Below are positions 1 to 12,782 of a stretch of DNA of 64,000 bases, one piece after another. This DNA is from Leucoraja ocellata (lineage: Eukaryota). Each line of letters begins with the position of its first letter. Within the stretch, counting starts at the first letter, position 1. The stretch lies in the NCBI GenBank assembly GCA_036785375.1, contig JAWMAR010000533.1, forward strand, positions 682,001 to 746,000, read 5' to 3'. The position numbers and the translations under genes were made by a program. Under the pieces are notes generated by a model. The model saw only the letters and a program-made list of their open reading frames with translations, made no database searches and was not told the origin of the DNA.

Positions 1-406
1 ACTTTGCTTCTTCGGTATATGACTTGACCATATGGGCCTAAAGGAATGCAAACTATAACTCAGCATGTGATGGACTGGTACATATTGATGTACGGTAAAT
101 TCACCCTACATTTATGATAGAGGTTGTGAAGGAACAGATAGCTATGGTTTTATTACTGTTGAATGGGACATGGAGATGTTGCAACATTAGCCAGAGGGCT
201 ACAGATCTCCGCTTCAGGAGCTCTTGTGGAGCTGAGCCAACTTATTCGTAACCTTCATTGTTGGAGAATGCAGCTCTGAGGACTCAACGAAGCAGGGCGT
301 ATGCAGAAAATTTCATTTTACCATTCAGTTATTAGCTGCTTTTGAAGTTAGTATGCAGTGCAAAGGTCCTCTTAGTTTTTGCTGGCATTGTATGCATTTG
401 TACTGT

Positions 407-584
407 ATTTAAGAGGGAGTTAGATGTGGCCCTTGTGGCTAAAGGGAACAGGGGGTATGGAGAAAAGACAGGTACGGGATACTGAGTTGGATGATCAGCC
501 ATGATCATGTTGAATGGCGGTGCAGGCTCGAAGGGCTGAATGGCCTACTCCTGCACCTAATTTCTATGTTTTTATGTTTCTATG
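407..584 (+). mobile_element. CR1-clade LINE 3' end
   Basis: GAGTTAGATGTGGCCCTTGTGGCTAAAGGG...GATCAGCCATGATCAT.TTGAATGGCGGTGCAGGCTCGAAGGGCTGAATGGCCTACTCCTGC plus (TTTCTATG)n. Confidence 0.85.
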
Positions 585-602
585 TACTATATTAAATTGC
601 AA

Positions 603-730
603 GTAGACAAAAATGCTGGAGAAACTCAGCGGGTGAGGCAGCATCTATGGAGCGAAGGAAATAGGCAGCGTTTCGGGTCGAGACCCTTCTTCAGACGCAG
701 CGAAGGAAATAGACACCATTTCGGGTCTGG
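603..730 (-). mobile_element. Penelope-derived terminal repeat fragment with hammerhead-like motif
   Basis: Minus strand 696->664 reads GT CTGAAGA A GGGTC TC GACCC GAAA CGCT GCC, followed by TATTTCCTTCGCTCCATAGATGCTGCC..GCTGAGTTTCTCCAGCATTTTTGTCTAC. Confidence 0.75.
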
Positions 731-896
731 AATATTAAATTGCAAGGTTGTGTATACATTTGGTCTCCGGACTTTAAAAAAAGGAATGTACTTATTGAGG
801 GAGTCTATTTGGATCATGTGTGAATAATTTGAGTACACCAAGCTTCTATTCTCCAGAAATTAGAAGAATGAGAGATGGTCCTATTTAGTATAATTT

Positions 897-1315
897 AGTT
901 CAAGGTTTCAAGGTCAGTTTATTGTATCAATTAAGGTACAGTGAAACTCGAATTACCATACAGCCATACTAAAAGAATGCATCCGCGTCGGGGCGATCGA
1001 AGTTCCTCTGGCTTGGAGTTCCTGAAGTCGGTCTCTGACCAGAGACTGCAAGCTCCACGATGTTAAAGTCCGCAGGCTCCTGCGGTAGAGCTCATAGGTC
1101 AATCCCTGGCAAAGGGATCGCTGACTCCGTGATGTTAGGTCCGCAGGCACCCGCGGTGGAGCTCTCGGTCGGTCTCCAGCAAAGGTCGCCAACTCCTCGA
1201 TGTTAAGCCGCAGTGCGGATGGAGATACGATACATAAAACTAGCTAAAGAACACCAAAAACATAATTTAACACATACAAACAAACAACAAAAGAAGGAAG
1301 GGACAGACAGACTGT
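897..1315 (-). mobile_element. Non-autonomous retroposon with GC-rich internal repeats (same family as 33184-33910)
   Basis: Shares CAAGGT..CAGTTTATTG..CAATTAAGGTACAGTGAAA..TTACCATACAGCCATAC and the repeated CGATGTTAA/AG..CCGCAG units with 33184-33910. Confidence 0.8.
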
Positions 1316-1615
1316 TTGGAGATACAGCATGGAAACAAACCCTTCGGCCCACTGAATCCACGCCGACTGGTGATCTCCCCATACACTAGCACTATCCTAC
1401 ACACTAGGAACTATTTACAATTTTTACCAAAATCAATTAAGCTACAGACCTGTCTGCCTTTGGAGTGTGGGAGGAAACAGGTACACCCGGAGAAAACCCC
1501 CACGGTCATGGGGAGAATGCACACACTACGTACAGACAACACTAATAGTCAGGATCAAATCCGGGTCTCTGGCGCTGTAAGCATCTGTCTGTACTGCTGC
1601 ACCACCATACCACCC
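1315..1615 (-). mobile_element. V-SINE (HE1-like tRNA-derived SINE)
   Basis: tRNA-like head, V-domain (GTACGTAG..TTCTCCCCATGACCGTGGGGGTTTTCTCCGGGTG..CTCCCACACTCCAAAG) and CR1-like tail GGGCCGAAGGG..TTTCCATGCTGTATCTC. Confidence 0.85.
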
Positions 1616-1669
1616 TGACATTAACATATACAAAGCTCTTCCAGAGCTCAACAACATATGTAGATAAGA

Positions 1670-1990
1670 AGATAATGTTTCCCCTGTCTACAGCGTCTAG
1701 AATTAGAGGTTACAATTTCAAATTACATGGTGGAAGATTTAGGACTCAGATGAAGAGTAACTCCTTCACCAGGAAGGTGGCGAATCTTTGGAATTCTCTA
1801 CGACAGAAAGCTGTGGAGTCTCCATCACTGATTGCAATCAAAGGAGAGGGCGATAGATTTCTGGATGTTACATAAATCCAGGGAAATGGATATGGTGTAA
1901 GAAAATAGTATTAGACTTAAAAGATCAACCATGATTCTGTTCGATGAGCAAGTTTGAGGGGCAAATGGCCTGCTCCTACTTCCTTTCCTT
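1670..1990 (+). mobile_element. CR1 3' end (older)
   Basis: ORF MFPL..SRIRGYNFKL.GGRFRT..FTRKVANLWNSL, the CR1 ORF2 C-terminus, plus 3' UTR. Confidence 0.82.
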
Positions 1991-3031
1991 GCACTTTTAT
2001 GCGAACCTGAGTTTACTAACGTTTGGCTTGCCATTCACAATCTGTGCAATGCCTGATCTTTAGTTCAAATCATAGAGCTCCATTGAAGGATCATTCCTTC
2101 TCAAAGTCCCACCCCACCTCATTTTTCATTCCTCTATCTGAACCTCGTCTGAAACTCCTTTAATCAAGAACCTTATCCACAGGTTCTGTTACTTATTCAG
2201 CCATGGTTCCATAATTACCATAACATTGTTCTTCCAGAGAGACACAAACAACTGCAATTGCTGGAGTCTTGAGCAAATCATCAAGCAGGGTCTTGACCCA
2301 AAATGTCATCCATTCCTTCTCTCCAGAGATGCTGCCTGTCCCGCTGAGTTACTCCAGCATTTTGTTTCTATCTTCAGGGCTGGATGTTTGAATAAATTAA
2401 TTATATTGTGCCATAACCTCTCTCAATAAACCACAGTTATCTTCAGTGTAAACCAGCAACTGCAGTTCCTTCCTACCATTCTAGAGTAACTCAGTGGGAC
2501 AGGCAGCATCTGCAGAGAGAATGATTAGCTAACATTTTGGGCCAGGACCTGCTTCAAACGTGTTCATCAATGCTCTCATCACATCTGCCCTCTTTTCACT
2601 GTGCCCATTGAATTTAAGTATTGACCATTAAGCAATCTTTCTTTACAGATGTTCCCTGACCTACTGCTGGTAACAGACTGCTCTTTTAATTTCAGATTTC
2701 AGGTTACTTCAGCAACTGCTGGGTTCTGCATTTGACAGTTCTATCATGGACTGTTATTCCCTTTCTCTCTCTAACTGCTAGAACTCAGGGTAATTGTTAC
2801 CTGGAGAACTTTATTCTACATCTATCAAATACATTGCCTTTGTGCTCTCAGCATTCCCTTCACTGCAGCAGAAAGCACATTTGTTCTCTCATCTTTTGCT
2901 TCTGATACAGGGCTATTGTCCTGAATTGTTCACTGCTTCTCTCTCCGCACTTCCTGCATGGTCTGCTTTTAACACTTTTGGTTCCAGTTTCAGATTCCCA
3001 GCATTTACAGTATTTTGCTTTAGATTTGGAA

Positions 3032-3328
3032 GGGCGGCACATTGGGTTAACGGTAGAGTTGCTGCCTTACAGCGCCAGGGATGCATGCTTGATTCTGACC
3101 ACGGGCGCTGTCTGTAAGGAGTTTGCACGTTCTCACTGTGACCGCATGGGTTTCTCCGGGTGCTCTGGTTTTCACCCTCAGACATGCAGGTTTGCAGGAT
3201 AATTGGCCTCTGCAAATTGTCCCTACTGTGTAGGATAGAACAAGTGTTCAGGTGATCATTGGTCGGTATGGACTCGGTAGGCCGAAAGACCTAATTCCAA
3301 GCTTAATCTCTAAACTAAACTAAACTAA
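3032..3328 (+). mobile_element. V-SINE (HE1-like)
   Basis: GGCGGCAC..GGTAGAGTTGCTGCCTTACAGCGCCAG head, V-domain GAGTTTGCACGTTCTC..TGGGTTTCTCCGGGTGCTC, (TAAAC)n tail. Confidence 0.88.
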
Positions 3329-4052
3329 TTTCCTAATTTTTCATTTCTTAATTTTTGCCTTCTCTGCCTTTCCAATTCTTGTAATTTTTTTTACCCATCA
3401 TTTCCAGTTCTATTTCTTTCAAACTTCATTGAGCTCCTCATCCACCTGTCTACCCAACACAGCATGTCCAGTAAATACACTCACAATGGCACTGTTTCTG
3501 ACCTTGTTGTGGTGTAACTCATGTGGCCCATACAGATCGCACCATCACTGGAAGAAATCACTTTGTTCCAGGAATCTGAAGCCATCCCTCCGGCATAGTT
3601 ACAGGATGAAGGTTTGGCCCTTTACATCCAAGCTGAGAAGAAACTATAGTTTATGCAAAGATTTGCTAAACTTTGCAAGGTTTTTTTTTACATAAGGCTT
3701 TTTTTTTACATTTTGGACCAAAGGAATAAGCAAATATGGAATTAAGGTGGCAAATAAATGACATGCGTAGTTGACTAACTCTAGTGTCTGCACAAATTAT
3801 TATTTCTTCTGGTGTCTGTTCATCCCATTATGCTTTCACTCAGCAGCATGGTGGCGCAGTGGTAGAGTTGCTGCCTTGCAGCGCCAGAGACCCGGGTTCG
3901 ATCCTCGATCCAAACTAGAATCCTAGCACAGCCCCACTGTTGGTAATGCAGAGAGCCAGGATGCTGGACTGATTGCAAACTGCTGGTAGTGGTGAGGAAT
4001 GAACAGGATATCATGGAACAATGGCACTGCTGATATTGCATCTGACTATACA

Positions 4053-4365
4053 TAGAGGGATCACAGTTTAAGAATAAGGGGTAGGCCATTTGGGACTGAG
4101 ATGAGGAAAAATGTTTTCACTTAGAGGGTTGTGAGTCTGTGGAATTCTCTGCCACAGAAGGCAGTGGGGGCCAATTCACTGGATGTTTTCAAGAGAGAGT
4201 TAGATTTAGCTCTTAGGGCTAACGGAATCAAGGGATTTGGGGAGTAAGCAGGAACGGGGTACTAATTTGGGATAGTCAGTCATGATCATATTTAATGGCA
4301 GTGCTGGCTCTAAAGGCCAACTGGCCTACTCCTGGACCTATTTCCTATTTTTCTATGTTTCTATG
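4053..4365 (+). mobile_element. CR1 3' end
   Basis: RGHSLRIRGRPF.TEMRKN.F..RVV.LWNSLP-type sequence plus UTR and (TTTCTATG) tail. Confidence 0.87.
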
Positions 4366-4879
4366 ATGCTTTATTGACCTCTTTCAGCTCTAATTCCATT
4401 GGCCCTCTCATTCCTGAGAACTTCTTATGCATTAACAAGGACCCAGTGAATAACCTTCCAATCCACTATTCAAATCAAATCACTCATCACTGGCTCCTTA
4501 TCTCTGAATCCTTTCACAAGTCAAACGACACTTTGGACTTCGATCTTGGTCGACCAATCAAAAATATTTAAGCATTCGGTTGAGCTTATTTAATTGAAAC
4601 TCTAAATTCCCTTTAACTACTAATGATTGGTATTATATTGCTTCTTCCATATTGCACTTTGATTAATTATGTCTTTTAATTGTCTTCAAGCACCATCAGT
4701 TAACTTTCAAACTATCTCTTAAATGATCAGCAAGCATTAATGATGATTTAGATGCAGACTATTTTATAGCAAGTTATTGAAAATGAATTCACAACAGAGG
4801 AATTTTATTGGTGTGGAAACAAATTAATTATTACTCAATTATCAATGCATTTAACAACTCCATTCCTAGGTTCCCATCT

Positions 4880-5490
4880 GCTTTAAGCCGACCACTATTG
4901 CCGCGGTGCCAAAGGAAAGCTGGGTGGGATGCCTTAATGACTAGTATCCAGTGGCTCTGACATTCACTCTCATGAAGTGCATCGAAAAGCTAGTCTGGAG
5001 CATAATAACCCCAGCCTCCCAGGCAGCCTTGATCCACTGCATTTTACCTACCATTATAACAGGTCCACAGCAGATGCCAGCTTCCTGGCCCTATACTCAT
5101 TACTGGAACATTTAGATAACAAAGACACCTACATTAGATTCCTATTTATTGACTGTAGTGTGGAAGCTGCAGCATGATAAAGGTTAGGATAGCTGTACAG
5201 CGTTTTGGCATTCATTGATGCACATCAATGTTCCTGATCGGTATTCATTGACATATCCCAAAGTTTTCTGCGTTCTGACCGTTGTGATTAGAATTTCAGT
5301 AACGGACTGTGCTGCTCTCCTTGTGTACAAGTAAACAAAGTGTGCCTGGAAAATGAATGGAAGTTTGTCAGAGTCCAGTTGATCGGCGATGACAATAACG
5401 CCATCTTTATCAAGATAATCCCAAGTAACCTCATCACCAAACTCCCTCGCAGCAACTGGATCCTTGACTTCCTTACCCATTGAGCACAGA
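4880..5490 (+). mobile_element. Old Rex1-type RT fragment with an unrelated insert of about 245 bp
   Basis: SLDPLHFTY..NRSTADA..LEHLDNKDTYIRFLFID (4977..5177). It resumes near 5410 with ...ATAATCCCAAGTAACCTCATCACCAAACTC...TGGATCCTTGACTTCCTTACC (WILDFLT). Confidence 0.75.
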
Positions 5491-6212
5491 TGATATATCT
5501 ATCCATGCACTGTATACTTGTATTTATATTTATGCATTTTAAATATGTATGTTATATTTTATACTTTGGCAACATAACGATGTATTTTATCATGCCAATA
5601 ATTTTTTTTTAATTGAAAATTGAATTAAATTGATAAAACATCCTCCACAATAATGGAGGCCCTCTTCTCTCCCAGCTAACTTCAGCCTTTGTGCCCCGAG
5701 GTTGCCTCCGGCAGTCGAACATGAAGGCATATATTTTGAGAGGTTAAAAACCTTTTTAAGTCAATCCTGCTCCCAAGAGTGACAGTACACAAAGAATGAA
5801 TCAAAGCCAAATACTATGAAGGAAGTCATTAGATCCTGCAATCTCCCACAGAGGCAATCTCATTAATCCCATTCCAGTCTCATTCTCATTCTCCAAAGAA
5901 ACCGCATAGATTTTTGAAAGTTATGTTTTTCAAAAGTCGTCCACCCAGTCAATGAATTGGACGTTAATTAAATTACTTACGACGTGTGATAAATTCATTA
6001 TCATCTGTCATAATCAAATCACTCAAGCAAATCCTGCAACACAGGAATAATGAAAAAATATGGTATTGTGTTGGTTAAAGGAGATTCAGCTTGGCGATAT
6101 GGCATTTATTTGGACAAGAATAGAAGTGAAAAAGATCTTCAAGTGCAGCACGGTTGTGCAGCCTTACAGCGCTAGGGACCCGGGTTCAATTTTAACATCG
6201 GGTGCTGTCTGT

Positions 6213-6572
6213 TACATAGCTTCGGCAGCTTCAACCACCCCGGGCCGAGGAGTTGAACCGGCCCGTTCGCGGTGCTTGGATTCAGCCGCGGGACTGACAG
6301 TACTTACCATCGCCCGGCGGGGTCACAACATCTGAAGCCTGGATCGCCTCGGCGCAGAGGGAGAATAAGAAGGGATGAGACAAAGACTTAAAACTTTTGC
6401 CTTCCATCGCAGTGAGGAGGTGCCTGGTGAACTCACTGTGGTGGATGTTAATTTGTGTTTATTGTGTGTTTTTGTCATTTTTACTATATGTGGGACTGCA
6501 AGGCAACAAAATTTCGTTCAGACCGCAAGGTCTGAATGACAATAAAGGCTGCTTTGACTTTGACTTTGACTT
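6213..6572 (+). mobile_element. Related non-autonomous retroposon inserted in a V-SINE
   Basis: GC-rich 5' part, the motif CCTTCCATCGCAGTGAGGAGG..CACTGTGGTGGATGTTAATTTGTG, and tail TTCAGACCGCAAGGTCTGAATGACAATAAA plus (CTTTGA)3. A 3' fragment of the same family lies at 34712-34878 and a minus copy at 52890-53065. Confidence 0.8.
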
Positions 6573-6701
6573 TGTACATTCTTCCCGTGACCTGTGTGGG
6601 TTTTCTCTGGTTTCCTCACACACTCTAAAGACGTACATGTTTGTGGACTAATTGGCCTGGTATAATTGTAAATTGCCCAGAGTGTATATAGGAGAGTGTT
6701 A

Positions 6702-7020
6702 AACCCCTGTCCCATGATACGAGTTCATTCCAAGAGTTCTCCCGAGTTTGCCCTGATTCGAACTCGGAGATTTACGGTAATGGCCACTCGTCGGTACTCA
6801 GCGCTCTCGTCGACATTTTTCATCATGTTGAAAAATCATCACGTGTCTTCCCGTGCTTACCTGCCGTTAGCGAATCTTCCCGAGTACCTGCCGTTAGCGT
6901 TAAGAGACGTCCCCGAGCTCTGACGTAACCGCTACGTTCATTCTCCGTGCTTACCATGAATTTGATTTTTTTTAACTCGGGAGAGCTCTTGGAATAAACT
7001 CGTACTGTGGGACAGGGCAT
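6702..7020. mobile_element. PIF/Harbinger-type MITE nested in a V-SINE
   Basis: Imperfect TIRs of about 45 bp (CCCTGTCCCA..TACGAGTT.ATTCCAAGAG.TCTCCCGAGTT). TTA on both sides (6699-6701, 7021-7023), and the host SINE resumes seamlessly. Confidence 0.9.
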
Positions 7021-7799
7021 TTAGTGTGCGGGGATCGATGGTCAGTGCGGACCCGGTGGGCTGAAGGACCTGTTTCTGTGCAGTATCTCTGAACTAAACT
7101 AAACTAAACTAAACTAAACTAATCTGGGACATTTTTAAGTGAAATTTACACCCACTCTTCTGATAAAAAAATGTATGGTTGTATCTGTGCATGTTTGTAC
7201 AGACACATTCACATACATATACTGTATCAACATTCACATTGAGTGTGGGACTGGATTGTGCTTGATCAAGTATTTTCAAGCATGCTATTCCTGCTGCCTC
7301 AGTTTTTGCAGTTGTTCGGGTCCCATTAATCTTCAAGCCTCGGTGAGCAATCTCCCCACATAGTGGAGTGATTAGCAAGTGACAAGGAGGCGGCAGATCC
7401 TGGGGTCCTGATTTAGACCACTCCATTGCTCTTTTGCAGCTTATACTTTCAACAAAGGCGTTTTTTAACTGTTTCTATTTGCTTCCGATGGTCAGGTTTA
7501 AATAACTAAAGAAATGAAAATCATTACTAAATCAGTTAAAAGATAAAGTTACATTGAAATGTAATTATCAGATGTAAATCAATCATGAGCTTTAATTAAG
7601 AAAGGAATAGAAAAGAAACACACTGTTTACCTTCATTTACTTATTAATCCAAGTCTGTGACTACCTTCAAATGAGTGGGGGCATGTGGGAAGCAAAAGCT
7701 GAGAGGCCAGGTACAAGTTGTATTCAGTCGTATTCATTTAGGTTTAATACTGGTTGAATCGGTACTTATTTTCTTCACCAGTGGGAAGGAGGGAACATA

Positions 7800-8186
7800 C
7801 AGATCCACCACTGATTTTCCAGCAACTGGTGGTCCGGCACCTTTTTTAATCCATACAAAACTACGAGAGCTTGAAATGCCCCCCAGAAGTGTCCCAGAAA
7901 ATCGAACACCTAGGCCGGGTGAGGCAGCTGATTTCAACCTTGTTGGGAGTTCTGCAGCGATCGCTGGGTTGAATTTGCCCCCTGCGGCTGGAGCTCTGAA
8001 ACTCCGGCCCGGGCGGAGCCAGTAGATCCGTTCCCATAGCAATAGCCAACTTCCAATGTTGACTGGGCGAAGCATTCCAGTACCGTTGGATTCCTCTTGG
8101 AGGCCATGACCTCTGTTGGTCCAGCAAAACAGATAAACTCAAAAGGCTCTAGAACCAAGGGTGCTGGAAAATCAGTGGTGGACATA
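7800..8186. mobile_element. Tc1/mariner-superfamily (pogo/Tigger-like) MITE
   Basis: TIR core TCCACCACTGATTTTCCAGCA at both ends. The element begins CAG and is flanked by TA (7798-7799, 8187-8188). Confidence 0.85.
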
Positions 8187-8395
8187 TACTTACGAAATTA
8201 GGGGATGATTATTTAAAACTGGGGTGTTTTGGTGGGATATGTGGAAATCTATACCTTGGATATTTGAGGAGACTAGATCACGGGGAATATTTAAAGAGGA
8301 TGAGGATCATTTTAGAATGATCAAGCTAATGAGTTGCTATGGTGAACTGGCACAGAAGAGGAGACGAGGTTTGGAGCTTCCCTGTCATAATCATA

Positions 8396-8655
8396 TCAGA
8401 AAGGAACTGCAAATGCTGGTGTATACCGAAAGTGCTGGAGAAAAAACATGGGTGATGTTTCAGGTCGGGACCTCCTTCAGCCCATAATGGTCCATTGTTT
8501 GCTGCGGAAGATGTGATAATGAAAGGATACATGGATGCAAACAGTAGAACTAGTAGGAAGTCCATGGTGGAGAAGGGAGGAGCGATTGAATACAAGGGTT
8601 TCAAGAAATTAGAGAAATTAACCATTGGGTGGTAAGTTGCCCAAGCGAAATGTGA
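8396..8655 (-). mobile_element. Penelope-like 3' end (minus strand)
   Basis: Minus strand reads TTTCGCTTGGGCAACTTA...TTTCTCTAATTTC (FRLG.L..FSNF), with a degenerate hammerhead at about 8450-8482. Confidence 0.65.
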
Positions 8656-8931
8656 TCATATCAATGATGGGGCAAGCTTGAGTTACCAAAATGCCTACTC
8701 CTGCTCCTATTTTCTTAATGTTCTTATGTGATCTCTATCATTTGGCCAAGCTTGGAGGAAGATGTCAGATGCACTGGCATCTGATCTCTATTGGGTTTGA
8801 TATTTCTGCGCTGCAATTTGCAAGCATGCCAGAACACAATTGACTGACTCGTAAGGTGAACCGTGTCAGTGGTTCCTTTCCAAGCCATATGCAAAAGTTG
8901 ATGATATTGAAGAAGAATGCATGTGCACAAT

Positions 8932-8956
8932 TATATATATATATATATATATATAT
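8932..8956. repeat. (TA)n microsatellite
   Basis: Direct reading. Confidence 0.95.
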
Positions 8957-9313
8957 TTAGATATTTAGGTGTAGTTAATTTTGATAGCATTCATGATGCA
9001 AACAAATGTATGCATTGACAGCACAAAATACTTTAAAAGAGATTATTAGTATTTGCTGTGACTCTAAATGAATTCTGAACAGTGCATTCATCTTTAACTT
9101 TCTTTTAACATCCAGGGAAATTATCAATTAAGTTCTATAAAATAAATTGAAACCTGAATGATTATTAAATTGGGCTCTTTGGTTCTAAAACATTGACTTT
9201 ATCTTATTTAGGTTTTATTCTATTTGGTCTTTTTGTTTAAACCTCTGGCTTTTGGGAATTAGTAAAGCTGCAATTGTGGTATAAATCAGATAATTAGGAG
9301 CTGAAGATCCTTA

Positions 9314-10506
9314 TGGGGCATTCTCACGAGGCGCCTTGACGCAAGATGTAACCAGAGTGAAGTGGTCGTGGTCTAGCACGATATCACACGATATAATGGG
9401 GGGTAGATAAAGAGTTCCCACGGGTACTCGGCATTCCTGTTATTTGTGCGAGTGACTTGTCCGTCTCCCGAGCTTTCCCGTTAAATCTTGAATGAACATT
9501 GTGAACTGTGAAGTGTTGTTAAATCATCACGTGGCACAAATGATGTCACTTTTTTTTCGCACACTATAAATATCCTCCCTTGGTTGACTCCCTTTTATTG
9601 CCTGAGTTTAGGCTTGTTGCGGAGGTTAATGAATAGAATCTGTTTAAAAAAATCATTTGTTGATTTTCATGTTTGCGAAGCCCTTTTTTAGACAAATGTT
9701 GTTTGGTGTGATGCACCTTCTCTCAATATGTGCAAGGTCGTCTTTTTATATTGTCAAATAGGAATAAAGACTTTGTCTCACATTGACCGTGATGATTGTC
9801 TTATTTTATTATCTACTGAGAGGTGAAACTTTCAAACGTTTAAATAGCTCAGCAATTGAGGGACCTGAACACTCAAAAATGAAAAAGAACGAAAATGTGA
9901 TTATATCACCTCCCTTCAACTATTTTGTGTTTCAGCATAAGAGGGATTATAACATTAGAGACATTCATCTTGTAGTGATGTGTTAATGAAGAATTGCAGA
10001 CATCAATCTGATAGCAAAAAATATATTTATTTAACAATGAGGTAAACAAGCACTGACAATCAAACTGCTGAGTTAAAAGCTTTATCACACTTCAGGCTAT
10101 AATAAAATGTGGAGCCTCCAACCGAAAGTAATGCCCAAGGGGAAAAAACACACATTAACATACATTGAGACCACCTTTTTTACTCACCTTCTGTCCCCTC
10201 TGTCCAGCTTCCGGGTTCACCGTTCGCAGGAGTTCCCACGGTAAACGCAAGAGTTATTACGGATATCGCAATGGCCACTACGTCCATATAATGTTTCAAT
10301 GTTCAACCACAAGTGTACAAGTCACTCTTGGAGAAATTCAAGCTTGCTTGAATTTTCTCCCGAGTCAACAAGTTACACGAGTACCTGCCGTTAGCGCCAC
10401 GGTGGTCCACGGTGGTCCACGAATGCCGTACGGTTATCGTACAAGGTTCCCACGATGTTCAACTCTGGTTACCTCTTGCGTCAAGTCGCCCCGTGAGAAA
10501 GCCTCT
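9314..10506. mobile_element. PIF/Harbinger-type non-autonomous DNA transposon (about 1.2 kb)
   Basis: TIRs GGC(A/T)TTCTCACG.GGCG.CTTGACGCAAGA.GTAACCAGAGT at both ends, TTA/TAA flanks. Subterminal GAGTACCTGCCGTTAGCG is shared with the 6702 MITE. Confidence 0.88.
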
Positions 10507-12261
10507 TAAGAGTTGTTGAAAAATTAGCTTGAAGTTGAGGAAAGTGACCTACAGAAGAAAGGTGGGGCTTTGTGTTTGTTATTTTTTGTGCAACATTGCA
10601 CACAATAAATTATATCAATGGAAGTAGTTGGCTCTGATGGTGGCTGCTGCTCCACTACCTCACTTCATTGTAAAGTGAGCAACATAACTTAAGTATTCAG
10701 TTACCAGTACAACCCCAAAGATTTGAATGAATTTCCTTGCACGTAGTTCTTTTCTTTGCTGCGGTTTTATCTATCTGTCTGTGTAAACGACTCGTGCGCA
10801 TGTTAAATTTCTTACCTTTTCTCATATTTCCTCATGAAATAGGAGACCATTTGGTCCATCGGATTTATGCCAACACAGAGCAATCAAATTCTCCTATTTA
10901 TTTTCCTGCCATCTACTCTCTGTCATCAACCCATTTATATGCCCATCCATCAAGGGCAATTTAAGGCACCCAACTAACACACCAACCAGCTTAGCTTTAG
11001 CATGTGAGAAGAATCCAGAGTCCCATGGGAACTCTATGCAGACAAAGGGAATATGTGAAAATTATTTCATTCTGTGTGATGTAGGTTCACATGGTACTTA
11101 GTTTTTAGCCTTAAGAGAGAGTCCCAGAGTTTATTTCAATGAGTAACAATACTTTATTGTCACATGTACGTGGGTACAGTGAAATGCTATGGTATATACT
11201 TGCTCCAAAACTACTGGAGCTATCTGCCAATGCACTACACTTGGTCACAAGGATAGTTTGGGTAAAATGATCTGTTGGGCCAGGTGGAGGAATGAACAGC
11301 AAACTTTGAAGAAGTTATTTGACAAAACTACCAGAACTTAAAATCTCCATGGTCAGGGAGGAGAAAGTGACTAGGATGTGAAAGTTGCTGAAAACTGTCA
11401 TCACACTGTGATTTAGTCAACCATCCTCTGGGGCTCAGGCAGTTGTTTGTAAATCTGTTGGAGATGGTTCATCTTGAGCTGCACGATAGAAGCATTACTC
11501 CCTGAGAGCTGGTGTCCATCTGCCCGTATTCTCCATGCTGCATCCCTAATGCATCAGCAAATAGTCATATCGCTAGTGGTCTGGAAATGTTAGAGTCGTT
11601 ACATTAACACTTTATGTCTTGTTAATGACTGACTTCGTTAATGACCTTGAACAACTTTGACTTCACATTAAAGTTAATATTTGGCATATAAGATGGAGGG
11701 CGAAGCCCAAAATAATTTTGAAGGAGAGTGGAAAGAGACACCCTTGTTTAAGGTTAATCACTTTACTTCAATTCAGTACCATACTGTGACATTGTAATGC
11801 CACTAGATTAAAGTGTAGCTACCATTAGTACGAAGCAGATCTAAAGTTGATTCAATATTTATATATTCTTGTCTAATTACAATGTTAAGAAACGGCAGCA
11901 GCTGCACCAATTCATAAACTAGTGCATGCTAACATATCACATTTGTTTTGAATCATTTTAAATTAAATTGGGTCTGCATTAGATATGATCAATCATACCA
12001 AAACAATGATAACGCAACAGAAACACGATTTCCTCCCTATATTCTTAAAAGTTTCATACCATATCAGATTATTTCTAGCATAAGCTATTCAATCAAATTT
12101 ATTAGACAATAAAACATTCATCGTAATTAACTTTTCTGGCATCCTTTAATTGGAAACAGATCATGCCAACCTCAAATCTACATGAAAGTTGACAGGGGAA
12201 ACCTATCAATCCTTAGTATAAATAAAAGTGTGTCACATTTGTTTTGCAATTGACAAGTACC

Positions 12262-12602
12262 TGGTGGCGCAGCGGTAGATTTGCTGCCTTACAGCATCAG
12301 ATCCCAGATTGGTGCAGCAGTAGAGTTGCTGCCTTACAGCGCCAGAGACCTGGGTTCGAACCCGACTGTGGGTCCTTGTCTGCACAGAGTTTGTACATTC
12401 TCCCACTGACAGTGGATTTTCCCCGAGATCGGTTTCCCCCCCACACGCCAAATACGTACAGGTTTGTTGTTAATTGGCTTGGTTTAAATGTAAATTGTCC
12501 CTAGTATGTGTTAATGTGCGGGGATTGCTGGTCGGCGAGGACTCAGTGGGCCGAAGGGTCTGTTTCCACACTATATCTCTAAGCCAAACTAAATTAAACT
12601 AA
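12262..12602 (+). mobile_element. V-SINE with duplicated tRNA head
   Basis: Two tandem heads (near 12262 and 12310), B box GGTTCGAACCC, V-domain and tail. Confidence 0.87.
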
Positions 12603-12614
12603 TGAACGTTAAAC

Positions 12615-12746
12615 TTATGAATGGTGATTTCTCTAATTTCATAATAGCCCTTGCTTTCTTCCCCTTCAACCCCCACCCCCCCTTCCCAGTTCTCCTTCTA
12701 GTCCCACTGTCTCCACCTACTTTCAATCTTTTTCCTGCACCCCCCC

Positions 12747-12782
<36 letters not shown>

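Larger units (their letters stand above)
6145..7122 (+). mobile_element. V-SINE split by two nested insertions
   Basis: Head 6145-6212, middle 6573-6701, tail 7021-7122 ending in (AAACT)n. Confidence 0.85.

Noticed and set aside
3843-3910. tRNA gene (A box TGGCGCAGTGG, B box GGTTCGATCC)
   Set aside because: It matches the V-SINE head found many times in the window and has no proper cloverleaf or acceptor stem. It is a truncated SINE.
12741-12780. Functional poly-C/G-quadruplex elements (also 22405, 25981, 43110)
   Set aside because: Homopolymer lengths are unreliable in assemblies, and several lie within TE UTRs.
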